A DNA stretch of 64,000 nucleotides from Azolla caroliniana (Eukaryota > Plantae > Polypodiophyta), in the NCBI GenBank assembly GCA_043228905.1, contig JBHGNT010000020.1:10354001-10418000 (forward strand), written 5' to 3'. Below are positions 49,125 to 62,774 of the stretch, piece after piece; within the stretch, counting starts at the first letter, position 1, and each line of letters starts with the position of its first letter. A model generated the notes under the pieces. That model was given only the letters and a program-made list of their open reading frames with translations. It had not been told where the DNA came from and made no database searches. The position numbers and the translations under genes are program-made.

Positions 49125-49656
49125 TACTATTAAGTTTGCCCTTGGTCATATTTATACTAATATGACTTTCGGGCTATTTACAAATATAGCCCCAGTGGGC
49201 TCCCTGGAACATATTTACATATATGTCCCTTCCATCCGATGAGAGGTTCTCACCGGGCCTGCAACATCCGGTTCTCACCGGGTCTTCCGTTGCCGGGTAC
49301 TCCACATCGGGTTCTCACCGGGTCTTCCGTTGCCGGGTACTCGTCATCCGGTTCTTCTCACTTCCCATCCGGAGGGACCTGTTTCCTAACACAGTCGTTG
49401 TGCCACATGGTACTATTAAGTTTGCCCTTGGTCATATTTATACTAATATGACTTTCGGGCTATTTACAAATATAGCCCCAGTGGGCTCTCTGGAACATAT
49501 TTACATATATGTCCCTTCCATCCGATGAGAGGTTCTCACCGGGCCTGCAACATCCGGTTCTCACCGGGTCTTCCGTTGCCGGGTACTCGTCATCCGGTTC
49601 TTCTCACTTCCCATCAGAAGGGACCTGTTTCCTAACACAGTCGTTGTGCCACATGG
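49125..49656. repeat. Tandem duplication of the LTR end plus 19 bp of flank
   Basis: Units 49125-49410 and 49411-49656; the second lacks one 40-bp subrepeat. Confidence 0.9.
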
Positions 49657-52600
49657 TTCATGTCCCATGTAGTCAGAAAATCTCTTATATGCGCTTCCGC
49701 ATCAGTGCCATCTCGATATTTCAAGTAAGGGTAAGGCATAGTGTCGTCTCCCCAAAATCTCATAAAAAGAATTGTGATCAGACTGCTCCTCGTCTGAATG
49801 ATTATCTGTTAAATTTGGAATTCTACTCTACTCCCGATTAGCTTGTTGCTGATGTTGATGGCTTTGCTCGAAATTGTCAGCACTACCTTTTGCTACACAT
49901 TGAGACTCTTCTCGTGTGTGAGGACGTTTATGGCTGACAGGTGTTTTTAGACCAGACGACATCAATTCCACCTTGTTCTCTGCCTACTGCAGATGTAACC
50001 GGGCATGCCAAAATTATTGTGTTGTTCGGCCGACAATCGATTACTGTACGTAGCAGACACAATAGGTCAAACGTTCCGATCTGAACGTTCTATCAAGATT
50101 ATTGTGGTAGAAGGATGGATAGATGAACTAGTCAGCAAATGGGACTTGCTATTTGAGTAACCTTGATTGACTATTAGATCTTAATATAATTACCTAGTAA
50201 ACAAAACAATTCAAAAGCCGACACTTGGAATAACAATGACCAAAGAGACTTGTCGATATAGAGATACTCTAACCACTAACTATATTAATTTCCAAAATAG
50301 AACGATAGCTTTACAATGCTTTCAGCCCCTCATTTATAGGTAAAACCAAGAGTCTCTTTCCAAGATTACACCTGCCTATATTCGGCAAGAACTAACACAA
50401 AATTGTTTAACTAATTCTAATATATATTTTCTACTTGGCAAAATAAATATTGATGACTCATTGATCCACTACGTCGATCCGACTCTGACTCTCTATACTT
50501 CCTAACATCGTCAACTCCGACCCTTTCACACAAGTTGTCTAATTCCGACATCCCGACCCTGTAGCCGACCAACTTACACTTGTAAGAACCATACTTGATC
50601 TCCTACGTGTTAGTTTTTGGATGGTTGCCAGAAAAGAGTTTGCAAGAAGTATGTAAGAGTTTGGACATGTGCCGCCAAAATTTTGAGATGAACTAGGAAC
50701 CCCGATCACTTATAATATCATCTGGAAGACCATGATGCCGAAACACCTCCTGCATGAGTAAATCGATTGTCACTTGGCTAGTAATGGCCTTTGTGCATGG
50801 AAGAAAATGGACCATCTTCGTAAAACGATCTACTACCGTGAGAATAGAATCAAAACCCTTGGAAGGTGGAAGATTTGTAATGAAGTCCAAGGAAATAAAT
50901 TTCCATGGCTCTCAGGAATAGGCATTGGTTGTAATAATCCATATGGATGATGTCGAGGTTTTTCTGATCGGCAACATCTATCACAACTAGGAACATATTC
51001 CGTAACAAAATGTCAAAGTTGTGGCCACCAATATCGGCAAGAAATTAATTCAAAAATCTTGTGGGTGCCGAAATGTCCAGCCATTGGTGTGTCATGGAAG
51101 TGTTGTAAGACTTGCACTCGTGGAGGACCATCAAGAACATACAATAGGTTTTGTTTAAACAATAAACCACTATGCCAATGGAACTGAGTCATTACGAGGG
51201 TTTTTCGACTGCGAGGAAGAAGCACGATCTGGGACGATATGATCCAAAACATCTTTGACGAATTCATCAGTGACCAAATGATCGCGTATGGCATCGAGAA
51301 GACTTGAATCTCTAGGTGTTGTTATGGCATTAGATGCCAATAACCGTAGACGAGTAGGATTTGTTTTTTATGCTCAAATGTTGGTTCACTTGGACAAAGT
51401 TCCATATAAGAACGTCGAGGATGAAGCATTTTGTTGTGTTGACATGTTCCAAAATAAGCGTCATTGTAAATGCTCACTTTAAAATTTAAAATGCTTCGGT
51501 TGCATCTGAACTCCATATGAATGGTTGATTTTTGTAAGTGAGTTGAGTGAGCGGAAACACGACCTTGGAATCATTTTTAATAAATTTCCGGTAAAAATTT
51601 GCAAACCCGAGAAAACATTGCACATCATGCACTGAAAGGGGCGTCTGCCAATCTAAAATTGTTTGAATCTTTGTGAGGTCCATAGAGATACCATCTGATG
51701 ATACAACATACCCCAAAAATTCCACTTGATTCTGACCGAAACTGCATTTTTCTAATTTTGCGTAGAGTCCATATTCTCATAATCGACATAGTACCTGAAA
51801 AACATGTGTATCATGCTCCTCTTGGGTCTTTGAGTGAATCAAAATGTCATCCAAGTAAATTATAATGAAGATATCGAGAAAATCTCGAAAAATATCATTC
51901 ACCCCATATGTTGAAAAACTGCAGGTGCATTCATGAGACCGAATGGCATCACAATATACTCAAAATGTCCATAGCGAGTGGGAAAAGTAGTCTTCCATTC
52001 ATCCCCCGGAAGAATCCGAACTATATTATATGCACAGCGAAGGTCCAATTTCGTGAAATATTTTGCTCCACTAAGACGTTCCTATAGGTTCGAGATTAAT
52101 AATAGAGCATATCTATTCCGGATAGTCAGTTTGTTTAACCCTCGATAATCCATGAGCAACCGAAGAGACCCATTCTTTTTCTTAACGAAGAAGATGGGGG
52201 CACCATCAGGGGATCTAGAATGCCGGATGAATGCGTTGCCAAATTCTCTTCGATATATTCCCAAAGAGTCTCTAGCTCTACAGGTGAGAGATTATAAATT
52301 GGCCCCCATGGAGGTTCTTTCCCTGGCTACAAATCAATAGGGCAGTTGTATGGCCAATGCTCCGGCAATGTATTGGCCTTCACCTTATCAAAGACATCTG
52401 AGAACTCTTTGTATTTCCCTGGTAGTTGGATGTCCAACTTCTATAAGATGGATGATGGAGTTGATAATATTGCGAATACGAACATGTCCTCGTTCCCTCC
52501 TTCCTTACGTAGAGAGATGTTCAATATCTTATGGGATCCAGTATCTAATGTCAGAGATTTGAGAGATGCAAGTTCTATTCTTTTTTTCTAAGACTCCTTA

Positions 52601-54263
52601 ATTGTTCATTTTATCCGATCAATGTTCGGGTTATGTAGTTCAAACCAAGAGAGACCTAGAACTAGTGGATGTTCTAAATTACAAATAATATTGAAAGATA
52701 AATTATGCTTGCCAAATCCCCAAGAACTACTCAAATTGGCTCGAACACTTTCACTATATCACACCTGATGCTATAGGGCAATCATCAATGACTCCTACGG
52801 CTACTGGGTTCGGGAGCTTATTCAAGAAGATGTTTTGTGTCAATGCAAACTCACGATCCATGAAACAAGAGTTGGCACTGGAATCTAGGAGGGCAGAGGC
52901 TAGGACCCGATGACATGTAAATGTGCTAAGCTCAACTTGTGCAGAAAAAACTCTACCAACTTGATTTGATGAAATGGAACCACGACTAGGAACTAACTCT
53001 ACATATCTAGGATAGTCCAACCAAATGGCTCCTATTTTGTCTGGACTTACTCGTTTAACACATCCTCTAATTGGCTCAAGACATCGAATCTATTCTCATG
53101 ACATGGGCTATTAGTCTTACTTAGGTTATTAGAAGTAATAATAGAACTCGAAGTACGGTTATCATGTGCACTTACTTGATACTTGACATGTGGGTTCATG
53201 TGGACAATTCACGGCTATATGTCCCGGACCACCACAATACAAGCATAGGCAGTGCGCTCGACGTCGTTGTTTCTCAACATTTGATAATGGCCCTCGATGT
53301 TGTCTTAACTCTATTTCCATCAAAGTTGGTCCATCCCTCATAATGGGTTTGGGAACTTGTGGAGGAGTTGTGACAACTAAAGCGTATGTTTGTTCTGGTT
53401 GGTGGCGTAACATTTGTTGGTGCTCAGAACGTCGCTCAAATAGACGATTATGACATCGCACAACTCGACTAATTGCCTCTTTAAGAGACTTCGGATCTTC
53501 GTGGAAAGTAAGAAGAAGATCTTTGACATCGTTACGCAAACCCCTAACGGAACTGATCCATTAAGGCCGCCTCATCCCAAGGGATATCACATGCCAAGAG
53601 ATGGAAATTTGCTGCATAAGCCAACGCGGGACGATCTACTTGTCGAAGTCTTCGAATCTTGTTTATTGCCGTCTTAGTGTTATCAGTGTCTCCAAAGCTA
53701 GCTTGAAACTCCTTAATGAACACCTCAAAATCCTCTAACAACGGTCATTTCTTCTCGAGAAGTGGTGCAAACCATGCTAATGTTGTACCATTTAGCAAGG
53801 TTCCTACTAATCCCACACGAGTAGCTTTAGTTGGGTACCGATTGGCATGTAGCTGAATCACCAAACGTACTTGATTCAGAAAACCTCGAAACAGAGATTT
53901 TGTACCATCAAACTTGGCAGGAAGGCTAATCTTTGGTTCTCTAGAGGACTTCGGAACCCTCGCAGTTTGTTCTCCTAATGTCAATATAGTAGCCTCGAGT
54001 TGGTGAACCCGTTGTGATAACTCTTTATATTGATGAGCTTTCTCAGTACTTATGTGTTGTAGGCTCCCAAGTAGCCTTTGATTTTCTTGCTCTAATGCCA
54101 CAAAATTATTTGTGAGCATGTCGAGCTCAAAAAGGACACGTATATATTCCTTCTTGCTAACAGACTCCATGACTTATGAGGAAGGGAAAAAGAAAGAAAA
54201 AAGAAGAAAGCTTGCTAGGTTTATTAGAAGAGGAAGGAAAAAAAAAGATATTCGGTTCAAACT

Positions 54264-54265
<2 letters not shown>

Positions 54266-54328
<63 letters not shown>
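54266..54328. repeat. (TG)n microsatellite
   Basis: Directly visible. Confidence 0.98.
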
Positions 54329-54336
<8 letters not shown>

Positions 54337-56551
54337 AGAAAACTGGAAATGGAAATGAGTTTATATTATAAGAGAACAAGGGTTACAAAAGTAGCCTACA
54401 GGGCTAAAGACTGGTGTTGAACCAAATGAGTTGTGATGAATGTATGGACACCTATTTATAGGTCCTTATGGAGTATATATTCTAAAATGTTCTATAATAT
54501 TTTAGATATTTATAATAATCATGAAATATTTTAGAATGTTCTAGAATACTCTAAATATCTTGTAATAACTAGTAATATAATTATTATGACTATACATCAT
54601 ATATTTTATTATTATAATGGTTAAAGGTTTAACACATAGACCAAGAAGTTGTGGGTTCGAATCCTTGTAAGCCAAAATGTATGTCTTCATGACAATGGGT
54701 ATAAAGCGAGTGTCAATCATCATTTAAAAATCATGTTAGCAAGATTGAAGGGGAAATTGCAACAAACCTCTACAAGCACATCAATTTTTGACATGTGGAA
54801 CCCTTATTTTGGTTGTAGGAGAGACCACCCTCAACTACAACCCAAGATATTTGGAAAAGAATGGTTGACTACCATTTGCAAGGGAATGTCCATTCATTAA
54901 GCTAGGGGAGATATTAACAATTACCATACATTCAGTCATTAGTCAGAGTTTAATGAGCAAGTGTGATGCTTGCAAAAGAATGCTTGACTAACATTTGTAA
55001 TATTTTTCCTACAACATAAAGAATTTGGAATTCATATAAGGTTGCAACATACGCTTGATGATCATTGTAATAGTCGACCTAAAAATAGAGGTTTTGGAAC
55101 TCAACTAAGTTTAGAAGATATGCTTGACCATCATTATTACCCATCTTTGTCAATTAGCTCGGAATCTTTAAGTAATAATAGAAAATTGCAAGCCACAACT
55201 CTTATTCTCTTAGGGTTTTAGTCTTTAGAACAATCCAAAATACCTTTTAAGATATTTTAGAAGTTCATCAATTCATGGAGGGCATCGAGTCTTGGCATAT
55301 AAGTATTGAGAACAATTCGTAGAATTTTAGCGGTTGGCATGGCATTGGGTCACTTGGTTGACAAATAGAGACAAATTCTAATGCCCAGAAGTACTTGAGC
55401 TTGGGACCTTGAGTACTCCTTAGATAACTTGAAACTCACTCAAATTGTTTCTTAATAATTCTAGGTTTGAATCCATAAGCTATTAATGAAATATGACATG
55501 TTAAAATGTGTTTAGGACTATTGTAAGTGAGCTCTAAAGGTTGGAAATACTTTGTGCATACCAGTTCCACGCATATACCTTCAACTTGTTTACAACGATA
55601 TCAATGTGTTAAGATGCATGAACGTTTGAGATTGCTTTGTGATTTTTAAACAATTCACACTAGAAATCACTTGTGATCTTAATATTGTGATGATGAACTA
55701 TAATGCTAGCTTGGATGCTTTATTATGTTTGTCAAAGTGAAATGATAAATTTTAGTTAACGTGCCCATCAAATTGAGTAATAGCCTCTCCTTGATTGAGT
55801 GAGTCATGATGATAAATTTATCGATATTTTTTCCCACTTTCCTTCAATACATACATTCAAGGGTTTGAGAAGAACACAAACTTCTAACATTTTTATGTTA
55901 TTGACTAACACATTGTGCAATTCAACTTGTACACGCTCTTCACCATAACAAGCCAAAATAAGGGGCACATTTATGAGTATATAGCTGCTCTTATCCACTT
56001 CGAGGTAGCTTGAACTTGGATTATTCTAGAAATTGGTGCATAAAATAATCTTTCTAATGTGACAAAAGTTTGTGTTCGTATAATAGATACTAGTCAAATA
56101 TAACCTACATTTGTCTACCAGTTCAGGTCAATATTACTTCGCCAAACTTATGTCGACTTCATAATTACCTAAAAGAATTCTATAACATTGTTTCTATATA
56201 AATAAAAGTGAACTTATTATATGGCTTTTTAGCATATTGTTTGATTTAAGGAACATGCTCTTATTAGAACTCAGATGCAAGACCTCTTGTTCCACTACTT
56301 GTCTAGGTCCTTTGTTCACAATTTTCAAGTTTCAACCCATGACATGTATACATCTTATAATCATGACCATCATTTCCCTCTTTTGAACTAAGACACTTGA
56401 TATAAAACTTGTATAAGCCCACATTGACTCAACAAACATTGTGTTTTTTTGTGATTGAACATAATTTCAGTTTTTTTCCTTGTACATATAATGTCTCTAC
56501 TTTGTGAGAACCTGAACAATTATGTTAGTAACTTGAATGATTTTCTGTCAA

Positions 56552-56756
56552 CTTATCTTTTCCCAAATGCTTACAATGTTGAACTAAAACAATACAAAAG
56601 TGTTTTTCTTTTCCCAAATGCATACAATGTTGAATTGAAACAACACAAAAGCGTTTTTCTTTTCCCAAATGGATACAATGTTGAATTGAAACAACATGAA
56701 AGTGTTTTTCTTTCCCCAAATGCATACGATGTTGAATTGGAACAACACAAAAGCAC
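56552..56756. repeat. 4 x 51-bp minisatellite
   Basis: Unit cttttcccaaatgcatacaatgttgaattgaaacaacacaaaagtgttttt. Confidence 0.93.
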
Positions 56757-58541
56757 TTTAGATTGGGAGCTATGGCAATTGCATCTTTCAACTTTTTTAA
56801 AGTTCTTTTGGTGCTCCCTTTCAACTTAATAGATTTTCCTTTTCCTTGACATGGTTGCTATTTCAAGGTTATCCAAAGCGTCAACAAAAGCTTCAATACT
56901 TCATGGATAATAGTAGGACTTTATATTGGTTTATACGTGCATTAACCTTTCTTGGCTAACAAAAAAGTATTCACAGGTCATCACCCTACGTGGACAAGGA
57001 TAAGAATTTTGTCACATCAAGATTGACCATGTGTCAACTCGTTACTCCATTGCGTTTATGTGGCACTTCATGAACTTTGGACTTTTCAATCATTTACATC
57101 TATTCTCACCTAGGTCGATATAAAATGGTACTATTTCCTATTTACATATATGCATTATATATATATATATAGAAAGATGGTTCAAGCCTCACACATACAA
57201 GATTTTCTCAATCCACAAATTTAAATATTTGGATAGCTGGCAAAAATAAAGTTGTTGTTGAGTCACCTAAAATATCATGTCTACCTAACCTCACCTTCTA
57301 AGACCCCTTCCTCCCCCAAAGACTTATGTGCAAGTGTTTGTTGCTCACCCAAAGATGATTTGCACCCATTCTAGAGGGGAATGTGATAGATTTGATTACG
57401 TAGGAATTCCAAATTTGGATATGACAAGAATGCTCATGATGATAATAAAAAGTTGAACAAGTTGCCAAGGGGATTTATACAAGGAATGTATATGATTGGA
57501 ATATGGTTCAATGATGATATACTAGCATTTCCATAAATGCAAATAAACATTTTTTATGCATACACACACACACACATATAACGAGAGACACATTGATAAT
57601 CAAGTGGATATATGCTAGTTGGAAAAAGTTGTCCAAAAATCATCTACCCTTATGATCCTTCACATACCTTGTGAAAATAGGTTGAGTGAGAGAGGACCAA
57701 TCGGTGTAGGTCATTGGAAAATGTCCCCCACCCAAGATCAAACATTACTGAGGTGCACATCGTTTGGTAAAAAAGATTAAACGCCTATATTTCTTGATGT
57801 AATGTAAATAGAATAGTTACAAATGTGAGGCAAAACATATAGGTTTAGGTCATTTGATAAACATTGTCTAGCAAAATATGTTGGAGTGGAACCCCAATTT
57901 CTTTACTTAATAAAAACATGGCTTAATCTCCATGACGGGAATGTGGTGGAACTGGTCCAAGTTTGCAAGTAAATAAAAAACATTCCTTAGTCTTTGAGGC
58001 CACACATAGTGAAATGTGGAAAATCGAACTTAGTTCTAAGTTAATAAAAATATAGCTTAGTCATCAGAGGCCATTTAGTGAAATATGGTGTGATCTTTGT
58101 AAGTCATCATCTCATGAAATAGAGCATGAATGTACTTGGGTTTGGGTCAATAAAAAATTTGGTCTAGTCTCTACAAACCACATCTAATAAAATATGAAGA
58201 ACATGATTTGTGGTTCAAAATAATGAAGAATATGGCTTGGCCTATCATATCATCTAGTGAACCAAGGTTCAAATCAATAAGATATATGGATTAGCCTATC
58301 AAGCCATCTTGCGATATTTGATGAAATTGAATTGGGAAGAGGGTTAATAAATAAAAAAGGCTTATCCATCTCTATCTAAAAGAAGAAAATATTCTGAAAT
58401 CCCCTCAAATCAATTTTTTTAAATATTTTCCTCTCCTCTATCGCCCTATATCTTCATTAATACTATTCTTGTGACCATTCCTTTCAAACACTCCTAAAGT
58501 TAGCAAATTGTGACAACCCAAGGTAATGGATTGAACCTCAC

Positions 58542-58544
<3 letters not shown>

Positions 58545-58594
<50 letters not shown>

Positions 58595-58625
58595 GGAGAG
58601 AGGGAGAGAGAGAGAGAGAGAGAGA
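58545..58625. repeat. Compound (TG)n(GA)n microsatellite
   Basis: Directly visible. Confidence 0.97.
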
Positions 58626-59419
58626 TGAGTTTGTAGAGCGATTTAGGGGAATGCCATAGACATATTAGTTACATGCCCAACTGTAAAACTATTTAGGTTG
58701 TTAATAGTTATGTCAACAACTTTGGGCATCATTAATTGGGAAAATATGTGTCACCCTTTCAATAGGTTTTGGTTTGGAGAGTCAGAGCTTTACCCTCTCC
58801 ATAGTATAGGATAGTACTTGACTACCTTAGGTATTGGGGGTTTGTGGTACATTTGGAATCTAAGAAATGGAGTTTTATTTGATGATCTCCATGGAGTACC
58901 ATGACAATGACATCATCTCGAGGGAAATTTTATTTGGCAATTCTCACAACTTAGCTTTATGGTCACCTTGTCCTTAGAGTTTCCTTTATGTCAGCTATTA
59001 TAAAACACGTTAGAGTATTTAGCTTGCCATAAGATCCTCACTATTGTAGTAGGGACAGCAAGGATTTTTTGTTTGTGGTGTTGTTTTATTATGTAGACCA
59101 CTTAGAGAGAGAGGGAGAGAGAGAAAGACACGCGTTTTGGAAGGGAGGAATATATTTCACAATGTTGAATGTTGATCACTTGATAGGTATACAATGAGTA
59201 TAATCATCATTGTCATCATGCAACCCAGCTCATTTCCAACCAAAAGTTTTTCTATTTTTCCTTACCCATCATCTTTTCTAGGTTGTTTTTTTTAAACACA
59301 TAGCCAACCTTTTATGTGGGTCAAGGATGGGATCAAACCATCAAAATCCTACTAGAAAGTATTATTGGTGTATATGTAAAAATATATATTATACTCTGTG
59401 CACGGTGCACTCTCAAAAC

Positions 59420-59425
59420 TATAAA
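59420..59425 (+). promoter_or_regulatory. Candidate TATA box of the GASA gene
   Basis: TATAAA about 98 bp upstream of the ATG at 59518, followed by a CT-rich leader. Confidence 0.6.
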
Positions 59426-59517
59426 TTAGACCATAAAACTCGTATTGGGCACATTGCAAAAAAATCAAGCTCTCTATCTCTCTCTCTCAACTCTCTCTCT
59501 ATTTTTCTCTCTATCCA

Positions 59518-61873
59518 ATGGGGAAACTCTTTGTCGTAACCCTCATAGTTCTCATTTCCATGGTAAACAACCTTACCTTAACATTCTAATTATAACCATC
59601 CTACACTCTACTTATTATGGTTGTGCTACTAATGTTGTATGAGGTCATGTGTATGATTTATTCTATTGGTTTTGATCCTTACATCATTCCCAGTAAATTC
59701 GATGTTATCTCATGTCCTTGTTGCTTGTTACATGTTCAATTACTACTCACTAGTAATGCTACATTTGGCTTTCTAACTTTCACTTGCTATTTTTGTTGGC
59801 TTTCTTTGTTTCTTTATGGTGCCTTTTATGAATGTAAGCAATTGAAACTACGATACCTAAAGAATCCAATATGTAGCAAGAGTATAGGAAAGATGAACCT
59901 AAATTAGTTGTGTTGTTAATCTTTGAACTATGGTGTATGAGAGAAAACACGTGTTTTCCCTTTGAGCACATTCTCAACACATCAAATCTAGTGTCCTCAA
60001 CGTCATTGTATTGTGTGATTCATTGTCCCATTGTCTTGACGTGAACTAAAGTAACACAATGATACAAAGTTATAATGTGAATTCATCTTGTTCCATTTAA
60101 GACAAAGTTGTTATGAAGATACACATAACCCAAAGAGGATATAGATTGAACCATAAGCTCATGGATCACCACAATTTGGACTCTCCATGGATAATTGTGG
60201 TCTGAAACATATCCTTAGGTTTAAATTGTGGCATATAAAGAGTTAAATTTAAGGTCTCTAGTCTACCACTTCTCTTGCACATGATTGTGTCCAAAGCATG
60301 AGCTTGTTGGTGTCGGTTGATGGATGCCATTATCCAAGTATACCTCAAGTAAAATGTAATGAATATGTTACATATATCCATATCATACTTTGATATATTA
60401 AAAACTTTCTTCGAAACATTAGCATTGTGTGAAGAAGGTAATTTTTATAAACTTTATATACATAGCTCTCAGCTTTATAACCTTCCTTTAAATATATATA
60501 TACATGATAAACGTCATATTGCAATTGAGAGTTTGAGACTGAGAATACTTTTTATTAATGATGCCTAGTATGATGGTACATGATTAAATGACAAGATACT
60601 CAACTTGTCCTCTTAGATTCTAAACTAACTACATCAATCAATATATTAGTCATCCACATCTACTACGCTAAGAGACTCGACCTAGTTTAATGACATGCTT
60701 GCATTCATAACCGTGATCTTAAATATGGTATGGTTTTTCATGCAATTGTCTTTAAGTGATGAATCAAGTTTTTATCTCACGTTCAACTACATTACCACAT
60801 TTATGCATATAGAAGTTGAGCAATGTAACCTTACGTGTTTTTAAGCAAAATATTGTGGAGACGCATAAGTTTCTTAAATGATTATGTGAGAAGGAAGTTC
60901 TTTCGCACATACTCCTGTCAATATGATTATATTTTTCTAGTGTCATGCTTCTTCTAGCACACGAAATCACATACTTTTAGGAAATTCAAAATGCAAGAAC
61001 CTCCACAAATCCTATAAGAAGAACATGGCCAAATGCTCCAATCACTATTTTAACTGTTCAACAACTAATCATTTACGTGTTAGAGTAAATTTTGATTCTA
61101 TTTCTACAACTTGTCAATATTGATCTTCATGCTAGTGTTACTAAATGTGATCACTATTCTTATTTCACCTTTTGCTTGTTTAAAAAGTTTAAATCAAACT
61201 TTTGAGGCATTATTATAGTTCCATCATCCTCTTTTCAAAAGGTGTATGACCTTTGTTAGGAGGTGATATAGAAAACATGTCAAATGCATACTACATAGCA
61301 CACATTTATAAATGGCATCTTAAGACATATAGCACACATGTCATGAACTCACTTGGCAAGTTTGGCATATGTTGTGGTGAAGACCATTATTATTATTTTA
61401 TTGTGACATAATCTTATTCTTCATTGTGAAAATACTTGTAGGTACTTCTGGTGGACGCTCATATGCCATATCAGCCAAGTATCAGTAAGTTATTACATCA
61501 TATGTTCCTAAAAAGGAGAATAAAAAGTTGTGTAAAGCATGTAGCTTGTTTGAATGGGATATATTGCTTGCCCCACAACCAATGTCACTACATCAATAGA
61601 ACTTCCAAGAACTCTTATTAGATCTTTACAAATAGGTGACATATTTCAAAGCTTGGCCTTTATACTGATCACTTTGTTGATTTGATCACAGATTGTGGGA
61701 GTGCGTGTGCATATCGTTGTAGCAAAGCGAGTCGTGCTAAGCTTTGTCTCAAGGATTGTAATATTTGTTGCCAAAAGTGCAACTGTGTACCCCCTGGCAC
61801 ATCTGGTAATCGTGAAGTTTGCCCTTGCTACAACAACCTCAAGAATTCAAAGGGCCAAGGCAAATGCCCCTAA
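59518..61873 (+). CDS. GASA/Snakin cysteine-rich secreted peptide, 89 aa; exons 59518-59562, 61442-61484 and 61692-61873
   Basis: GT-AG introns in consistent phase give [39 protein letters not shown]...CVPPGTSGN...KCP, i.e. a signal peptide and a 12-Cys GASA domain. Confidence 0.92.
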
Positions 61874-62340
61874 TTATATAATATGTTGCCAAGATTGTCC
61901 AATAATAAATCAAAGGGCATTATGGCATGCCCTTGATTATCATGCCTTTCATTTAAAAAATAAACATCCTTACGTACATTTTTGTGTACGTCACTCTGAA
62001 GTTAACTCTCGTATATTCTCTTGTAATATGTTTGATATATAAGAATAGGGTAATAAAGCTTTTTTTGTAACACATTTCCTTATCTTTGAGCTAGTGGAAA
62101 TAAACTCCTTGTTTTTTGTTAATATAGAAACTAGGTATATACCAAAATTGATTGGAACTAAGGCTACACATATTGCATCCAATCCCTCATTTATCTTTTT
62201 ATCTAAATTCATATGCTTTAGTTATTTTGAATAAAAGGGTCACAACCCACCTTGTAAAATTCAAAATATAGCCATGCATATTAGCAAAAAGTCAAGGCTC
62301 ACTTTAAATGGAGATATATGTAATTAGGAAAGGTTTCAAT

Positions 62341-62774
62341 TAACAATCGGCAATGGTTCGGTTTGGTTTGAGAGGGTCCAAACTGAACTGTTTAGAGATG
62401 TTGAAACCTAAACCAAACCAAACCATTTAAAAAAATTCAAACCGTTAAGCCATTAAACTGGTAAAACCGCGGTTTTGTGGTTCGAGTTCGGTTTTCAGCC
62501 TAGATCAAATTTTAAAAATTTCCCAATATATGAGAATAAGGCATGAAAATGAAAAGATTATTTTAATATTTTAATTGTTTTTAAAAAATTTTAAAAATAA
62601 AAAATAAAAAATAAGAAAACTGTTAAACCGTTTAAACCACGATTTTTAACTGTAGAAATCGAACTGAACCGTTTTAAAAAACCCAAACCTGAACTGAACC
62701 GTTTAAAGCATTAAGCCGTTAAGCCGCAATTTCGCGGTTCGGTTCGGTTCAAATTGAACCGTTGCCGATTGTTA
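62341..62774. mobile_element. hAT-superfamily MITE, 434 bp
   Basis: TIR TAACAATCGGCAATGGTTC / GAACCGTTGCCGATTGTTA; perfect 8-bp TSD GTTTCAAT; AAACCG subterminal motifs. Confidence 0.95.

Larger units (their letters stand above)
35439..49637 (-). mobile_element. Ty1/Copia element C (Tnt1/Tork-like) inserted in gag of B; 3' LTR 35439-36027, 5' LTR 48764-49391 with its end duplicated to 49637
   Basis: TSD CAGTT/CAGTC; PPT AAGGGGGAG; gag ATG 48734; DSGASFH protease; integrase 37652-38585 + 46473-46743; LLYVDD RT; RNase H 36038-36388. Confidence 0.95.
27783..50578 (-). mobile_element. Non-chromovirus Ty3/Gypsy element B inserted in the integrase C-terminus of A; LTRs 27783-28327 and 50020-50578
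   Basis: Matching TGTTGTTC...ACA LTRs; TSD CTTCT/CTTGT, whose removal restores GDQVWFLQGSIRTTRP of A. Gag 33600-35433 + 49643-; protease about 33040-33560; RT pieces 29090-29239, 30607-30829 and 31546-31762; PBS-like TGGCATGCCCGG on the minus strand at 49999-50010. Confidence 0.9.
26935..54694 (-). mobile_element. Chromovirus (Ty3/Gypsy, Tcn1/Tf1-like) element A, host of the nest; 5' LTR about 54266-54694, 3' LTR about 26935-27327 (left boundary uncertain)
   Basis: LTR homology 27030-27327 vs 54335-54694; gag 53162-54170; protease ALLDSSA; RT 51486-52264; partly deleted integrase 50584-51294; chromodomain EYEVAAIL...YLVD.LGY...TWE at 27350-27560; PPT AAAAAGGGAGA; candidate TSD CTGGG/ATGGG. 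Confidence 0.88.

Noticed and set aside
54900-56450. Possible decayed hAT transposase on the minus strand
   Set aside because: Only faint motif hints (STITMIIKRML, SYILINV); too degraded to call without a translated search.
56455-56829. 124-aa repeat protein
   Set aside because: Product of the 51-bp minisatellite, with a TTG start and no gene context.
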